Of a DNA stretch of 64,000 nucleotides, positions 1 to 10,373 are shown one piece after another (within the stretch, counting starts at the first letter, position 1; every line of letters starts with the position of its first letter). The position numbers and the translations under genes were made by a program. The notes under the pieces are model-generated. The model did not search any database. It worked only from the letters and a program-made list of their open reading frames with translations, and had not been told where the DNA came from. The DNA is from an uncultured bacterium (GTDB lineage Bacteria; Babelota; Babeliae; Babelales; JACPOV01), in assembly GCA_963744715.1 (NCBI GenBank), contig CAVUUR010000002.1, positions 65,665 to 129,664 on the forward strand. Reading direction: 5' to 3'.

Positions 1-481
1 CTTGACCCATTGTTTTATCAAAATTACTGCCGGATTGCTGATTGCCCCCACCCATCTCTGCCCGTTCTCTATCGGAAGCACAAAAAATTTGGGTGCGTTC
101 AGGGCCATAGACTGTACAAACTATTTCATCAATCAGAAACCGCTCCGAATCCGAAACGTCCTTTGTATCCCCTGAGTTATCACTATCTTTAGTATCTTCT
201 TGTGCCGATTGAGTATTTTTTACCGGTTCTTTTTGTTCAATTTCAGGACTTTTTTTTGATCTATTCTTTTCAGTGGTCTCTTTTTTGTCATCTGATTTAT
301 TTTCATTACTATTATCAGTTAATTTTTTGCTCTGAGAAGATATATCGATATTTTGGTTATTTTTTTCTTTTTTAACCAATGGCTCTTTTTTTGTACCTTC
401 CAGAGCCGGTTGATCCTGTTCTGTTCGTATACAAAAGACTAAAAAACCTATTGCAAACAGCAAAAACACTGATTTTTTCAT
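1..481 (-). CDS. Secreted Lys/Glu/Asp-rich protein, 3' end cut by window edge; visible distal part resembles a SurA-N-like chaperone segment
   Basis: Absent from the ORF track because it runs off the window. ATG at 479-481 (minus) gives MKKSVFLLFAIGFLVFC..., a hydrophobic signal-like N-terminus, and the frame stays open to position 1. Supersedes the + ORF 10..192. Confidence 0.45.
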   Translation of the reverse strand, partial: MKKSVFLLFAIGFLVFCIRTEQDQPALEGTKKEPLVKKEKNNQNIDISSQSKKLTDNSNENKSDDKKETTEKNRSKKSPEIEQKEPVKNTQSAQEDTKDSDNSGDTKDVSDSERFLIDEIVCTVYGPERTQIFCASDRERAEMGGGNQQSGSNFDKTMGQ

Positions 482-516
482 CATACCCTCTTACATCACC
501 ATGATTCTAAAAAACA

Positions 517-540
517 AAGAGGAGCACAATGCTCCTCTTT
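517..540 (-). terminator. Rho-independent terminator downstream of the SurA-like gene
   Basis: 10-bp stem AAAGAGGAGC / GCTCCTCTTT with a 5-nt loop. On the minus strand it is followed by GTTTTTT. Confidence 0.55.
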
Positions 541-579
541 AATAACTAGTCTACGGGGTTTTCGTTAAGGTTTCAACAA

Positions 580-1647
580 CTATGCTCCCTTAACTTGGGA
601 AGCTGGCTGGGGCTTCTTTTCTTCTTTTTTCGGTTTTTGTTCTTGTTTTGCCTTTTCTTTTTCAAACATTGCCGCCATTTCATCTTCTTTTACTTTTTTT
701 CTACGTTCAAAGAAATCTTTGTTTTCGACAATATTGAAATCTTTTTTCAAAGTTTCTAATTCTTTGTTAAACATTTCGCCTAATTTTTGTTGTTTTAAAA
801 ATGGTTCAAGGCGTGATTGAATCTGGTCAAAAGGAATATATTGCGGCTCACTTTTGCCAGTAGCCTTCACAACCCATGTCTTATCACCCACCGTAACTAC
901 TTCTGTAGCAGGAAATTTTTTGATGCTCAACAATTTCTCTCTCAATGGAGCTTCAACATCAAAACTTTGATCGTTTACTTGTTTGAAATCTTTTACGGTA
1001 GCTTTTGCTTCTTTAGCCAATTGAGTAAAACTGGCTTTCGGTTCTTGTAGTTTAGCAATAAAAGCCTGTGCGTCGGCAGGAGTATTAAACATTGCTGCTT
1101 GCGCATTTACACCACCGCGAGAACTCATCAATTCCGGAATTGTCTGCTTATTTTCATCATAGTATTTTTTTACTTCAGCAGGTGTAACCACAACCGGGTG
1201 CGCATCCTGGAAATATTTTACGGCCAATTGGCGAGTTCCAAAATCAATAATAGATTGCAAATCTTTTTGGTATTCTATTTTTTTATCAATATTATTTTTC
1301 ATCACCCATGCTTGCAATAATTCTTCATTTTTCATGCTGGTATATAATTCATATTCACCGTTGGGCATTAATGCCAATAATTGTTGAAGCTGTGGTTGTG
1401 ATTGAAATACCATATTCATATATTCTTCAAAACGGCCGACGGTTATACGAGGCTTACCATCAATGGTTAAAATAACTTCGCTGCCAGGCCCTGATGCTTG
1501 CATTGCAGTAGTATCGCTATTTGCTCTCGTTGCTGAAGCCGTTGATGGCGACTCTTCCTCTACTTTTTTGCCAGCCCAATCGCACTGTGGTAAAAAAACC
1601 ATAAGTAATGCTATTGTTAATAACCGTAATGATAATCTTGTAGACAT
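580..1647 (-). CDS. SurA/PrsA-like periplasmic chaperone (SurA-N-like domain; parvulin-like region apparently degenerate)
   Basis: 355-aa ORF with signal-like LSLRLLTIALLMVFLPQC. ITVGRFEEYMNMVF...LQAWVMKNNIDKKIEYQKDL resembles the SurA N-terminal domain. Lys/Glu-rich C-terminal tail. Confidence 0.55.
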   Translation of the reverse strand: MSTRLSLRLLTIALLMVFLPQCDWAGKKVEEESPSTASATRANSDTTAMQASGPGSEVILTIDGKPRITVGRFEEYMNMVFQSQPQLQQLLALMPNGEYELYTSMKNEELLQAWVMKNNIDKKIEYQKDLQSIIDFGTRQLAVKYFQDAHPVVVTPAEVKKYYDENKQTIPELMSSRGGVNAQAAMFNTPADAQAFIAKLQEPKASFTQLAKEAKATVKDFKQVNDQSFDVEAPLREKLLSIKKFPATEVVTVGDKTWVVKATGKSEPQYIPFDQIQSRLEPFLKQQKLGEMFNKELETLKKDFNIVENKDFFERRKKVKEDEMAAMFEKEKAKQEQKPKKEEKKPQPASQVKGA

Positions 1648-1719
1648 ATTTTTTCCTTTCTTATATAAAAAAACAATATTAGCTGTAGCGTATCACATAA
1701 CAATAATTTTGCAAAAAAC

Positions 1720-2379
1720 TCAAATAACCCGACAGCCAACAATCGCTTTTATCGAAGCTGGTTTAAGCGCAGTAAGAATTTTTGCAGCTGCCTGTAAGGT
1801 TGCGCCGGTAGTCATTAAATCATCAACCAACAATAAATGCTTATTTTTATAAAGATCATTATTTTTTACAGTGAGTGCAAAAGCGTCACCAACATTTTCA
1901 GAGCGTCCTTCAACGTCAAGCTCAGATTGAAGTTGCGTACTTTTTTTACGCGTAAGTATAGTGGCCAATTCTTTACCATTTTTATTGGCAAGCACGGCAG
2001 CAATAATTTCAGCCTGATTATATCCCCTTTGAGCAAACCTTCTCCAATGAAGGGGAATAGGAATACAGTAATCATAGGGAAGTTGAGCAATGATAGTTTG
2101 TTCCCATAATAATATCCCCAATTGTTTACTGGCAGTTCTATCGGATCTGATTTTACCAAGAATTAAACTTTTAACCGGTTCCTCGTAGCCACAAAGCGCA
2201 ATAACCGGCATTTCATATTGTTTCGAAACAGAAATCTTGGTTGAAACGATCGGTTTTATTTTATCGGCACATGCTGCACAAAAGGTGCTTTGCTTTAATA
2301 AAAATACGTTACAAGAATAACAATACGGAGGCGCAAAAAGTTGCAATAACATGTTTTGTAGCATGGTTCGATTAATCAT
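1720..2379 (-). CDS. comF: ComF family (phosphoribosyltransferase-fold) protein
   Basis: N-terminal Cys pairs (CYSC...CAAC) and C-terminal PRTase motif LLLVDDLMTTGATL. ATGA overlap with the upstream gene. Confidence 0.75.
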   Translation of the reverse strand: MINRTMLQNMLLQLFAPPYCYSCNVFLLKQSTFCAACADKIKPIVSTKISVSKQYEMPVIALCGYEEPVKSLILGKIRSDRTASKQLGILLWEQTIIAQLPYDYCIPIPLHWRRFAQRGYNQAEIIAAVLANKNGKELATILTRKKSTQLQSELDVEGRSENVGDAFALTVKNNDLYKNKHLLLVDDLMTTGATLQAAAKILTALKPASIKAIVGCRVI

Positions 2380-2837
2380 GTGATGAGTGCCACAACAATA
2401 TGAATAATAATATTACTTACAATACCGGCACCAATATCATCGAGAAGAATCCCCGATGCACCTGGATACTTTTCTAACCTATCCAACCAAAACCATTTGC
2501 TAATATCAAAAAATCTAAAAAGCATGCACCCAACAATGAGTGAAGGTATGGTTATCGGCACAGCAAAAAAGGTAACCAAACAACCAATATATTCATCAAC
2601 TACTATTGCTGATGGATCAGTGTTATAGTTAAACAAAAATAATACTTTTTCAATGGCATAATAAGCAATTATAATACTCATTGCCAGAATAAAACTATAC
2701 AACAATTCGCTGTTGATCATATTCAACATAATCACTAAAGGAAGAGTGCATATTGTTGCAACAGTCCCAGGAGCATACGTAACGTATCCTATTGGGCCCA
2801 ACGTAACTAACTGATGAGCGATGCGAACGTAATTCAT
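2376..2837 (-). CDS. pgpA: Phosphatidylglycerophosphatase A
   Basis: YAPGTVAT, FRFFDISKWFW and GILLDDIGAG motifs. Start moved to ATG 2837, which gives an ATGA overlap with the lspA stop. Confidence 0.8.
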   Translation of the reverse strand: MNYVRIAHQLVTLGPIGYVTYAPGTVATICTLPLVIMLNMINSELLYSFILAMSIIIAYYAIEKVLFLFNYNTDPSAIVVDEYIGCLVTFFAVPITIPSLIVGCMLFRFFDISKWFWLDRLEKYPGASGILLDDIGAGIVSNIIIHIVVALIT

Positions 2838-3289
2838 GATTTTAAACCGATGATTAACATTTGAATAATGCCACAAACAATAGCGATATCTGCCACATTA
2901 AAGACCGGCCATGAAAATCTTCCATACGACAAAAAAATAAAATCAATAACACCGCCATACCAAATGCGATCAATAATATTGGAAAGGCCACCCGCGAGCA
3001 CTAATGCTTCACCCATGAGCAACGTATCGTTATGTAAACGAGTAACCGTGTACTTAATTAGTACACCGTATACCATCATAATAAGTACCGTAAGCAACCA
3101 AAAAATGTAGGTACTATTACCATCAAACAATCCCCATGAAATACCACGGTTCATAACTACATTAAGAGAAAGAAATGGCGTTATGGCATACTGCGTGATA
3201 TCACTGGCCAGAACCAAATATTTTGAAAGCCTATCAACCGCAATAATTACCATAAAGGCTATCATTAACAAAATATTTTTTTTATTCAT
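2834..3289 (-). CDS. lspA: Lipoprotein signal peptidase (signal peptidase II)
   Basis: 151 aa, 4 TM segments, NRGISWGLF and FNVADIAI motifs. Confidence 0.85.
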   Translation of the reverse strand: MNKKNILLMIAFMVIIAVDRLSKYLVLASDITQYAITPFLSLNVVMNRGISWGLFDGNSTYIFWLLTVLIMMVYGVLIKYTVTRLHNDTLLMGEALVLAGGLSNIIDRIWYGGVIDFIFLSYGRFSWPVFNVADIAIVCGIIQMLIIGLKS

Positions 3290-5619
3290 CGTATAGTTAC
3301 ACCATGTTGTTGTAAAATACTTAGAACATGATTATAAATATGATCGATATCTGCTTTAACTAATGTTTTTTCATTATCACGTGCAAAAAATCGCATAGTG
3401 ATTGAACGCTTATCAAGCCATTCTTCTTTTTGGAAGAAATCTATAACCTCAACCTTAAATATTCGCCCATCAACATTTTTAATGAGCGCAGAAAGCTGCG
3501 CAACCGTTGCATCAAGCGGCACAAACATGCTGACATCAAGCCATGTGGCTGGAAATTTTGGTAATGGTTTAAACACAGGTTTTTCTGGAACAACAGACAA
3601 CAACCACTCCGCATCCAATTCAAAAATAAATGCATCACCTTCGACGATCGCTTGCATAAACATGGGATCAATTTTACCCGCATAGCCAATAACAGCATCT
3701 CCATACACTAATTGTGCTGTTTGATACGGATGAAACCAAGCCGATATCTTTTTTTCTGCTTTAACCCACGCAACTTCAAGGCCGCAGGAGCGCAATAGTG
3801 TTGTCAAAAGATTTTTGGCTTCATAAAACTCAACCACTTTTTTATGATCAAACAGTATCCCCGCAATACTTTTCTTTTCAAATACCGCATCACCCTCTTT
3901 GGTCCAAATGCGATTAGATTCAAAGAAACGTAACGGTTCATCGGCAGTTTTGTTTTCATAAATATTTTTAATTAAATGCGGTATTAATGATGTTACCAGA
4001 CGCCGCCAATGTTGCGAAACTGGATTCTTTATATCAACCGCATGTTCAGGCTGCCATTGCAAAGCAATAAGAAATTCTTCATCAAAAAATGCATAATTCA
4101 TTACTTCACGGGCTTGCATGCCAAAGGCCATATATTCTTTAATATTTTGTTCCCTATAGAGCCATTTCATAACAGAAGGTTTCATCGTAACAGATGGCAA
4201 CATTAACGGAATAGTATCATAACCGATAAAGCGCCCTATTTCTTCAACAATATCTTCCATTAAAGGGGCTTCTTTTGTTGCTCGAAAGGTGGGAACCTCA
4301 ATTTCATACATAACATTATTGTTCTTATTTTTCTTATGTACAACAAATGCTAATCGCTGCAAGATAGCAATAATGGTGGAACTTTCTAGAGCAACACCAA
4401 GCCGTGATTCTATGAATGCATGTTCAATCGTTAGGGTATATACTTGCGGTTCGTGACCTATATCAATAATAGGATTTGAAGCTGATGCAAGAACACCTGC
4501 CTGCGATAATAATTTGAGATATCGTTTAAGGGCAAATACGGTTTGCTGTGCATCTAAACTTTTTTCAAAACGGGTTGAGGCTTCAGTTCTTTTTTTATGC
4601 CTCATTGCCGCTTTCCTAACGCGGTCTGCATCAAAATTGGCTGCTTCCAGCAAAAGTTTTGTTGTGGAAGGCTGTACGCTATGCTTCATATCACCCATAA
4701 CTCCCGCCAACGCAATGGGGGTTTGAGCATGAGCAATAATTAAATCTTCATCGGTCAATGATACGGAAGTTCCATCTAGTAACGTTATTTTTTCTCCATA
4801 ACGCGCTAATCGAGGACCTATAGTTCCTTTGACTAATTTTTCCGCATCAAAGGCATGCATCGGTTGACCAATATCAAACATAACGTAATTAGTTGCATCA
4901 ACAAGGGCATGTAATGGTTTACCATCAACACGAACAAGGCGATGTGCCATAAAAATTGATGAAGCACGATACGCAATCTCGGGAATATAGAGGGTCGAAA
5001 AACGCTTGCATAGTTCAATATCAGGAATTTCAAACGTATAGGGACTTTGTTTGGTAGCTGAAGCAAAGAGCCCTTCTTTAATAATCTTATGCTCATCAAT
5101 CAAGGTGCGCTCAGGGATTAAAGAAAGTTTTAACAAGGCTGCGCATTCTCTGGCAATACCCCGATGCCCCCATAAATCTGGCCGATGCGTTATTGATTTA
5201 TTTTCTATATGCAAAAGATAATCTTCCGATTCAAAAGAATTTTTCCACGCGCCAGCAATATCCGATTCTTTACAGGCAAATGCAGGTAGCAGCGCCTCTT
5301 TATCTGATCCCCAATCAGCTGCCGCAGCCCAACGAATATCGTTCCCATTATGATAGATACAATAGAGGTCCCCTACGGATATGGTAGGGCGAGCAGGCAG
5401 TGATAGTTCTTTATTAATTTCTTCACTATACAGCGTAACTGACAGTTCATTAGATGCAGTAACGCGAGCAAGAGAAAAATGTTGTAAATCAATATTTATA
5501 TGCTCAATTCGTTCAATTTCTGCGGTTGTTTTGTTAAAAGCATTAACAAGTTGTGTAACATCACAATCTTTCCAAGATCCATTAATATGGTCAAAAATCC
5601 AAGCCAGTGAAAGTTTCAT
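3286..5619 (-). CDS. pheT: Phenylalanine--tRNA ligase beta subunit
   Basis: Canonical N-terminus MKLSLAWIFDHI from ATG 5619 and PheT-length protein. The 17 extra upstream codons in the ORF track are probably not translated. No pheS adjacent. Confidence 0.9.
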   Translation of the reverse strand: MKLSLAWIFDHINGSWKDCDVTQLVNAFNKTTAEIERIEHINIDLQHFSLARVTASNELSVTLYSEEINKELSLPARPTISVGDLYCIYHNGNDIRWAAAADWGSDKEALLPAFACKESDIAGAWKNSFESEDYLLHIENKSITHRPDLWGHRGIARECAALLKLSLIPERTLIDEHKIIKEGLFASATKQSPYTFEIPDIELCKRFSTLYIPEIAYRASSIFMAHRLVRVDGKPLHALVDATNYVMFDIGQPMHAFDAEKLVKGTIGPRLARYGEKITLLDGTSVSLTDEDLIIAHAQTPIALAGVMGDMKHSVQPSTTKLLLEAANFDADRVRKAAMRHKKRTEASTRFEKSLDAQQTVFALKRYLKLLSQAGVLASASNPIIDIGHEPQVYTLTIEHAFIESRLGVALESSTIIAILQRLAFVVHKKNKNNNVMYEIEVPTFRATKEAPLMEDIVEEIGRFIGYDTIPLMLPSVTMKPSVMKWLYREQNIKEYMAFGMQAREVMNYAFFDEEFLIALQWQPEHAVDIKNPVSQHWRRLVTSLIPHLIKNIYENKTADEPLRFFESNRIWTKEGDAVFEKKSIAGILFDHKKVVEFYEAKNLLTTLLRSCGLEVAWVKAEKKISAWFHPYQTAQLVYGDAVIGYAGKIDPMFMQAIVEGDAFIFELDAEWLLSVVPEKPVFKPLPKFPATWLDVSMFVPLDATVAQLSALIKNVDGRIFKVEVIDFFQKEEWLDKRSITMRFFARDNEKTLVKADIDHIYNHVLSILQQHGVTIR

Positions 5620-5930
5620 CGTTATACCTTCTATTGCTAAAAATCTATCTATCAGAATAGAATACGTCAAAAAGATAAAAGTCTCAATTCTTACTAACAG
5701 TAATTATCAGTTACTGCCAACGCAGTGCATCTTTCCCATTATGCCATGTAAGTATTAAATACTTACCATTATAACTTCTAAACAACTACCGACCCTCTAA
5801 TAGTTGATAAAATATGCTAAAATTAGCATTATTAAGTATTTTTTTAACTTCATTATTATATAATTATTATATACTAAGTAAAAACTCATTAGGTTCATTA
5901 ATTTTACCAAAAGGATTTTAAAAATTTTTT

Positions 5931-6896
5931 ATGATGAAAAAAGACCCGGTATTGGAAGTTACCAACCTGACTAAGGTATTTAGCTCAGGAAGATTATTTG
6001 CACGATCAAAAACATACATTAATGCAGTAAATCAAATATCATTCGTTCTCAATAAAGGGGAAATTTTAGGTCTTTTAGGCCCTAATGGCGCAGGGAAAAC
6101 CACTATTATTCAGATGCTTATTGGCACCTTAAAGCCAACCCAAGGCTCAATCCATTATTTTGGTAAAGAATTCGAAACCAACCGATCAGACATTTTGCAA
6201 TATGTAGGATTTGCTAGTAATGCACTACAGTTGCCTGCAACATTAACTATTGTACAAAATTTAACGATCCATGCTCGCCTTTATGGAATTTCGGCAAAAG
6301 ACCGAACGGTAAAAATAACCAATCTTCTGAAAGCTTTTGGTATATGGAATATACGCGATGCACGAGCGGGTTGCCTATCCCTTGGGCAAATAACCCGTGT
6401 TATGTTGGTAAAAGCCTTTTTGGCTAACCCTCGTATTGTTTTTTTAGATGAAGCAACGTCTGCGCTTGATCCTGAAATTGCACGCGATGTCAGAAAGTTT
6501 TTACTTGAACACAGGCAAACCTATGATACTGCAATTTTTTTGGCATCTCATAACATGGCCGAAGTTGCACAAATTTGTGATCGTGTTTTGGTAATGAAGG
6601 AAGGCTCAATCATAGCCAATAATTCACCTGATGTACTTACCAAACAAATAAGTACGGTTAAATTGCGTTTTACGTATGATAGCAATGACGTTGACCTTGA
6701 ACAGTTTTTACAAAAAAATAATATTGTTTATGCGCTAAAAGATAATAATGTGCTCATCGAAGTTAGCGAAGATGATATTGCATCGCTCTTGCGTCTCTTT
6801 GCTCAAGAAGAAATTAATTATACTAATATAGCGATTGAACGACCAACGCTTGAAGATTATTTTTTAAATATTACTACAACTAAAAATAATAATTAA
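5931..6896 (+). CDS. ABC transporter ATP-binding protein (ABC-2 exporter type)
   Basis: Walker A GPNGAGKTT, signature-like LSLGQITRV, Walker B IVFLDEATSALD. Confidence 0.85.
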   Translation: MMKKDPVLEVTNLTKVFSSGRLFARSKTYINAVNQISFVLNKGEILGLLGPNGAGKTTIIQMLIGTLKPTQGSIHYFGKEFETNRSDILQYVGFASNALQLPATLTIVQNLTIHARLYGISAKDRTVKITNLLKAFGIWNIRDARAGCLSLGQITRVMLVKAFLANPRIVFLDEATSALDPEIARDVRKFLLEHRQTYDTAIFLASHNMAEVAQICDRVLVMKEGSIIANNSPDVLTKQISTVKLRFTYDSNDVDLEQFLQKNNIVYALKDNNVLIEVSEDDIASLLRLFAQEEINYTNIAIERPTLEDYFLNITTTKNNN

Positions 6897-6905
6897 AGGG
6901 ATATC

Positions 6906-7691
6906 ATGAGATTTTATCGCGTTTGGGCGATGGTAATACGATATTTATTAACATGGTTTCATAATCTCAATAATTTTCTTGATGATGCTTTATGGCCAAT
7001 TCTTGACATTATTTTATGGGGAATGACCAGTATTTGGATACAAGAAAATCAAGACACCATACCAGAATCTGTTTTCATTCTTCTAACCTGTCTTGTTCTC
7101 TGGTATGTAGTACAACGGGCGAATGATGCCGTTTCTATGAACACGCTGGAAGAGTTATGGGAACGAAATCTGATTAATCTTTTTTCCACCCCGCTGACCA
7201 TTTTGGAATGGATGACGGCGATGATTATTTTAAGTTTTTTACGTATTTCTTATACGCTACTCGTATGCATCGTTACCGTATGGTTATTATATGCACTTAA
7301 TATTTTTGCTATAGGATGGATGCTCATTCCCTTTTTGTTTTCGTTGCTACTTTCAGGTCTCTTCATTGGTTTTTTTACTACCGGATTTGTTATGTGCTGG
7401 GGAAGAAAAGCATTATATTTTTCATGGACCATTAGTTGGTTATTTTCACCATTCAGTTCAGTATATTATCCGTTAGATATTTTACCCAAGTGGGCACAAT
7501 GTATTGGTCAAATGCTTCCTATGACCTATGCGTTTCAAGGGCTGAGAACAGCACTGGTAACACAAGAATTTCCGGTTCAAAATTTTACCATAAGTCTTAT
7601 CTTAAACGGCATATACCTTGTGCTTTCTATGATTTTTTTTGTATTTATGTTTGAACGTAGTAGAGTTAAGGGGTTTGCAAGCTTGCAGTAA
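6906..7691 (+). CDS. ABC-2 type transporter permease
   Basis: 261-aa polytopic membrane protein immediately after the ATPase gene. Confidence 0.7.
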   Translation: MRFYRVWAMVIRYLLTWFHNLNNFLDDALWPILDIILWGMTSIWIQENQDTIPESVFILLTCLVLWYVVQRANDAVSMNTLEELWERNLINLFSTPLTILEWMTAMIILSFLRISYTLLVCIVTVWLLYALNIFAIGWMLIPFLFSLLLSGLFIGFFTTGFVMCWGRKALYFSWTISWLFSPFSSVYYPLDILPKWAQCIGQMLPMTYAFQGLRTALVTQEFPVQNFTISLILNGIYLVLSMIFFVFMFERSRVKGFASLQ

Positions 7692-7763
7692 TAGTACGTT
7701 TCATACCATGAATAAAAATGCTATAATAAGAACCACACACTATATAAAAACTGGTAGATTCTT

Positions 7764-8681
7764 ATGGGAAAAATAATTATTTTTTACAAATACATAGAGA
7801 TCGAAAATCCACACGCCATTCAAAAATGGCAACGTTCTCTCTGCGAACGCCTCAATCTCAAAGGCAGAATATTATTGGGCCATGAAGGCATTAATGCTAC
7901 CATCGGTGGTTCTGTAGAAAGTTTACGTGATTATAAAAAAGCTTTATTAGAACATCCGTTATTTTCTGACGTCGATGTCAAAGAAAGCGATGGGGATTCC
8001 TCATATTTTCCTAGGTTACGTATTGTAGTTCGTGATGAAATTGTACGCATGGGAATTGACCCCAAAAAAATTACGGCTCGTGATGGCGGAAAACATATAA
8101 CGCCGCAGCAAGTGCATACTATACTTACTAATAAGCCTGATAACTTAATTGTGCTCGATGCACGCAACAGTTATGAATCAAAGGTTGGATCTTTTGTTGA
8201 TGCCATAAAACCACCTATAGACAATTTTAGGCAATTACCAACGTATATCGATGAAAATCTGGATCTTTTTAAAGATAAACAAGTTCTTATGTATTGTACC
8301 GGCGGCATACGCTGTGAACGCGCTTCAGCCTATTTAAAATCAAAAGGTGTAACCAAAGAAGTATACCAAATTAATGGTGGCATTCACCGTTATGTGGAAG
8401 AATATCCAGAAGGTTTTTTTCGCGGCAAAAATTATGTTTTTGATGGAAGAGTAACCGTAAAAATAAATAATGATATTGTTGGCCGCTGTGATCTTTGCTC
8501 AACGCCGTATGATGAACCAACTAATTGCATTAATGCCTCATGCAATAAACAATTTATTGCGTGCCCACCTTGTTTGGAAACGCTCAAAAACACTTGTGAT
8601 CATACCTGTTTAGTACTCGTCAGCAATAACATGGTCCGATTGCGAACAATACCGACAAAAATACCGGCCAAACCATGCTAA
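7764..8681 (+). CDS. trhO: Rhodanese-domain tRNA U34 hydroxylase (UPF0176/YceA family)
   Basis: Hallmark rhodanese loop MYCTGGIRCERASAYL plus a C-terminal Cys cluster. Confidence 0.8.
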   Translation: MGKIIIFYKYIEIENPHAIQKWQRSLCERLNLKGRILLGHEGINATIGGSVESLRDYKKALLEHPLFSDVDVKESDGDSSYFPRLRIVVRDEIVRMGIDPKKITARDGGKHITPQQVHTILTNKPDNLIVLDARNSYESKVGSFVDAIKPPIDNFRQLPTYIDENLDLFKDKQVLMYCTGGIRCERASAYLKSKGVTKEVYQINGGIHRYVEEYPEGFFRGKNYVFDGRVTVKINNDIVGRCDLCSTPYDEPTNCINASCNKQFIACPPCLETLKNTCDHTCLVLVSNNMVRLRTIPTKIPAKPC

Positions 8682-9610
8682 CTATGCAGCACAATACACC
8701 GTTACATGATAAAAATTGGTTTAAAACCGGAGGGCCTGCTCGTTTCTTTTGCCAACCAACAACTCCCCATGAATTTCAAGAGGCTTTACAATATGCTCAG
8801 CAGAATGAGCTTCCCATCTTTATCTTAGGGCACGGAGCAAATATCCTCATCAGTGATGATGGCTTTGACGGATTGGTTATTCAGCCTCAATTACAAGAAA
8901 TTATTACGTATCCTTATGATGCGCATGAGGTTCTGATACAAGCCCAAGCTGGCGTTTCCCTTAATGACCTTATTGAATATTGCTTGGCACATACTATAAG
9001 TGGTCTTGAAGAATTTAGTGGCATCCCGGGCAGCATGGGTGGATCTGTATATATTAACGTCCATTATTTTGAATTCTTATTGAGTGATTTTTTATGCTCT
9101 GCGGAAGTTGTTGAACAAAAAACTGGCATTATACACACCGTGCAAAAAGACTGGTTTAATTTTGGCTATAATCAATCACGCCTTCTTGACGCATCGCACT
9201 ATCTGATAAGTGCAACCTTTAAACTCAAAAAAATAACCGAGCTCGAAACTGCCTATGCCTACGGAAGACGAGATGAGATCATTCGCCATCGGGCTAAACG
9301 GTATCCTACTTCTAATACCTGTGGCAGTTTTTTTAGAAACTTTTATCCGCGTGAACTTTCCTCGAACATCTCTTTACCCTATATTGCGTATTATTTAGAC
9401 AAAATAGGTATAAAAGGTCATTTAAGTAGCGGAGGGGCTGCCGTTTCTCATCAGCATGCCAATATGTTTATCAATAAAGGATCGGCTACCTCAGATGATA
9501 TTATAACCCTTGCCCGAACCGCCCAAGAACTGGTGCGAAGCAATTTTGGCATTACACCGCAGCCGGAATGTCAATTAATAGGGTTCAAAGAATACCCCTT
9601 ATTGGTATAA
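8675..9610 (+). CDS. murB: UDP-N-acetylenolpyruvoylglucosamine reductase
   Basis: NWFKTGGPARFF...ILGHGANILISDDGFDGLVI FAD-binding N-terminus, ~310 aa. Start could be 8675 or 8684. Confidence 0.85.
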   Translation: MLTMQHNTPLHDKNWFKTGGPARFFCQPTTPHEFQEALQYAQQNELPIFILGHGANILISDDGFDGLVIQPQLQEIITYPYDAHEVLIQAQAGVSLNDLIEYCLAHTISGLEEFSGIPGSMGGSVYINVHYFEFLLSDFLCSAEVVEQKTGIIHTVQKDWFNFGYNQSRLLDASHYLISATFKLKKITELETAYAYGRRDEIIRHRAKRYPTSNTCGSFFRNFYPRELSSNISLPYIAYYLDKIGIKGHLSSGGAAVSHQHANMFINKGSATSDDIITLARTAQELVRSNFGITPQPECQLIGFKEYPLLV

Positions 9611-9612
9611 TG

Positions 9613-9633
9613 CAGGACCCATCCTGTTTTTTT
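9613..9633 (+). terminator. Rho-independent terminator after murB
   Basis: CAGGA-ccca-TCCTG hairpin followed by a run of seven T. Confidence 0.5.
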
Positions 9634-9689
9634 CCCAAAAATCGGGTATACTGAGCTCATGTTAATTGCTGTACCAAAAAACGTTTTTT

Positions 9690-10373
9690 ATGATCATGAA
9701 TGAGTATATCTTCCTGGTTCATACCAGTATTATTAGTATTGTTACGTTAGGTGCTTTGCGCTTTGGCAAAGAAGCATTGACCGTGCTTATTGTTCTGCAA
9801 ACAATCTTAGCAAATCTTTTCATAACCAAACAAATTGTTCTTTTTGGTTTTCACGTAACACCTACTGATGCATTTACCATTGGCGCCGTAACAGCAATCA
9901 ATTTTATGCAGGAATATTATGGCGTAAAAGCAACGCGCACCGTGTTGTGGATGAGTTTTTCAACAGCACTTTTTTTTAATGTTATGGCACAACTTCATCT
10001 GGCGTATATACCAAGTATCTACGATACCAATGACGCTCATTTCCAAGCCGTGTTATACAGTTCTGCACGAATTCTTGCTGCATCATTAACTTCGTATGTA
10101 CTTTCTCAAACCATAGAATATCGGCTATACGAAATCTTGAAAAAAAAATTTGGTGTTCTGCATATGATCATTCGTGCATCCACCTCAACGCTCATAGCAC
10201 AACTATTCGATACGATACTATTTAGCTTTTTAGGTCTGTATGGCATTGTGCAATCGGTTGTTGATATTATTATTGTTAGTTATTGTATTAAAGTAGTGGT
10301 CCTTGTTTTAACGTTTCCTACCATCTGGTTATCAAAATATTGTAGCAAAAAATATATCCATGAACATGTTTAG
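9690..10373 (+). CDS. yhhQ: Queuosine-precursor transporter (VUT/DUF165, YhhQ family)
   Basis: Polytopic membrane protein. LSQTIEYRLYEILKKKFG...IRASTSTLIAQLFDTILFSFLG is typical of the YhhQ family. ATG at 9690 preferred over the TTG at 9666. Confidence 0.7.
   Translation: MIMNEYIFLVHTSIISIVTLGALRFGKEALTVLIVLQTILANLFITKQIVLFGFHVTPTDAFTIGAVTAINFMQEYYGVKATRTVLWMSFSTALFFNVMAQLHLAYIPSIYDTNDAHFQAVLYSSARILAASLTSYVLSQTIEYRLYEILKKKFGVLHMIIRASTSTLIAQLFDTILFSFLGLYGIVQSVVDIIIVSYCIKVVVLVLTFPTIWLSKYCSKKYIHEHV

Noticed and set aside
10-192. 60-aa plus-strand ORF at the window start
   Set aside because: It lies wholly inside a longer minus-strand open frame (start 481, running off the window) that has a signal-like N-terminus. 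The plus ORF has no RBS and an odd composition.
5381-5758. 125-aa plus-strand ORF overlapping the pheT 5' end
   Set aside because: It is antisense to the conserved PheT N-terminus and extends into the promoter region. It is a shadow ORF.
9637-9689. preQ1 riboswitch upstream of yhhQ
   Set aside because: Only an A-rich stretch (ACCAAAAAACG) is present. I could not build the short P1 hairpin plus A-tail pseudoknot, and the leader is very short.
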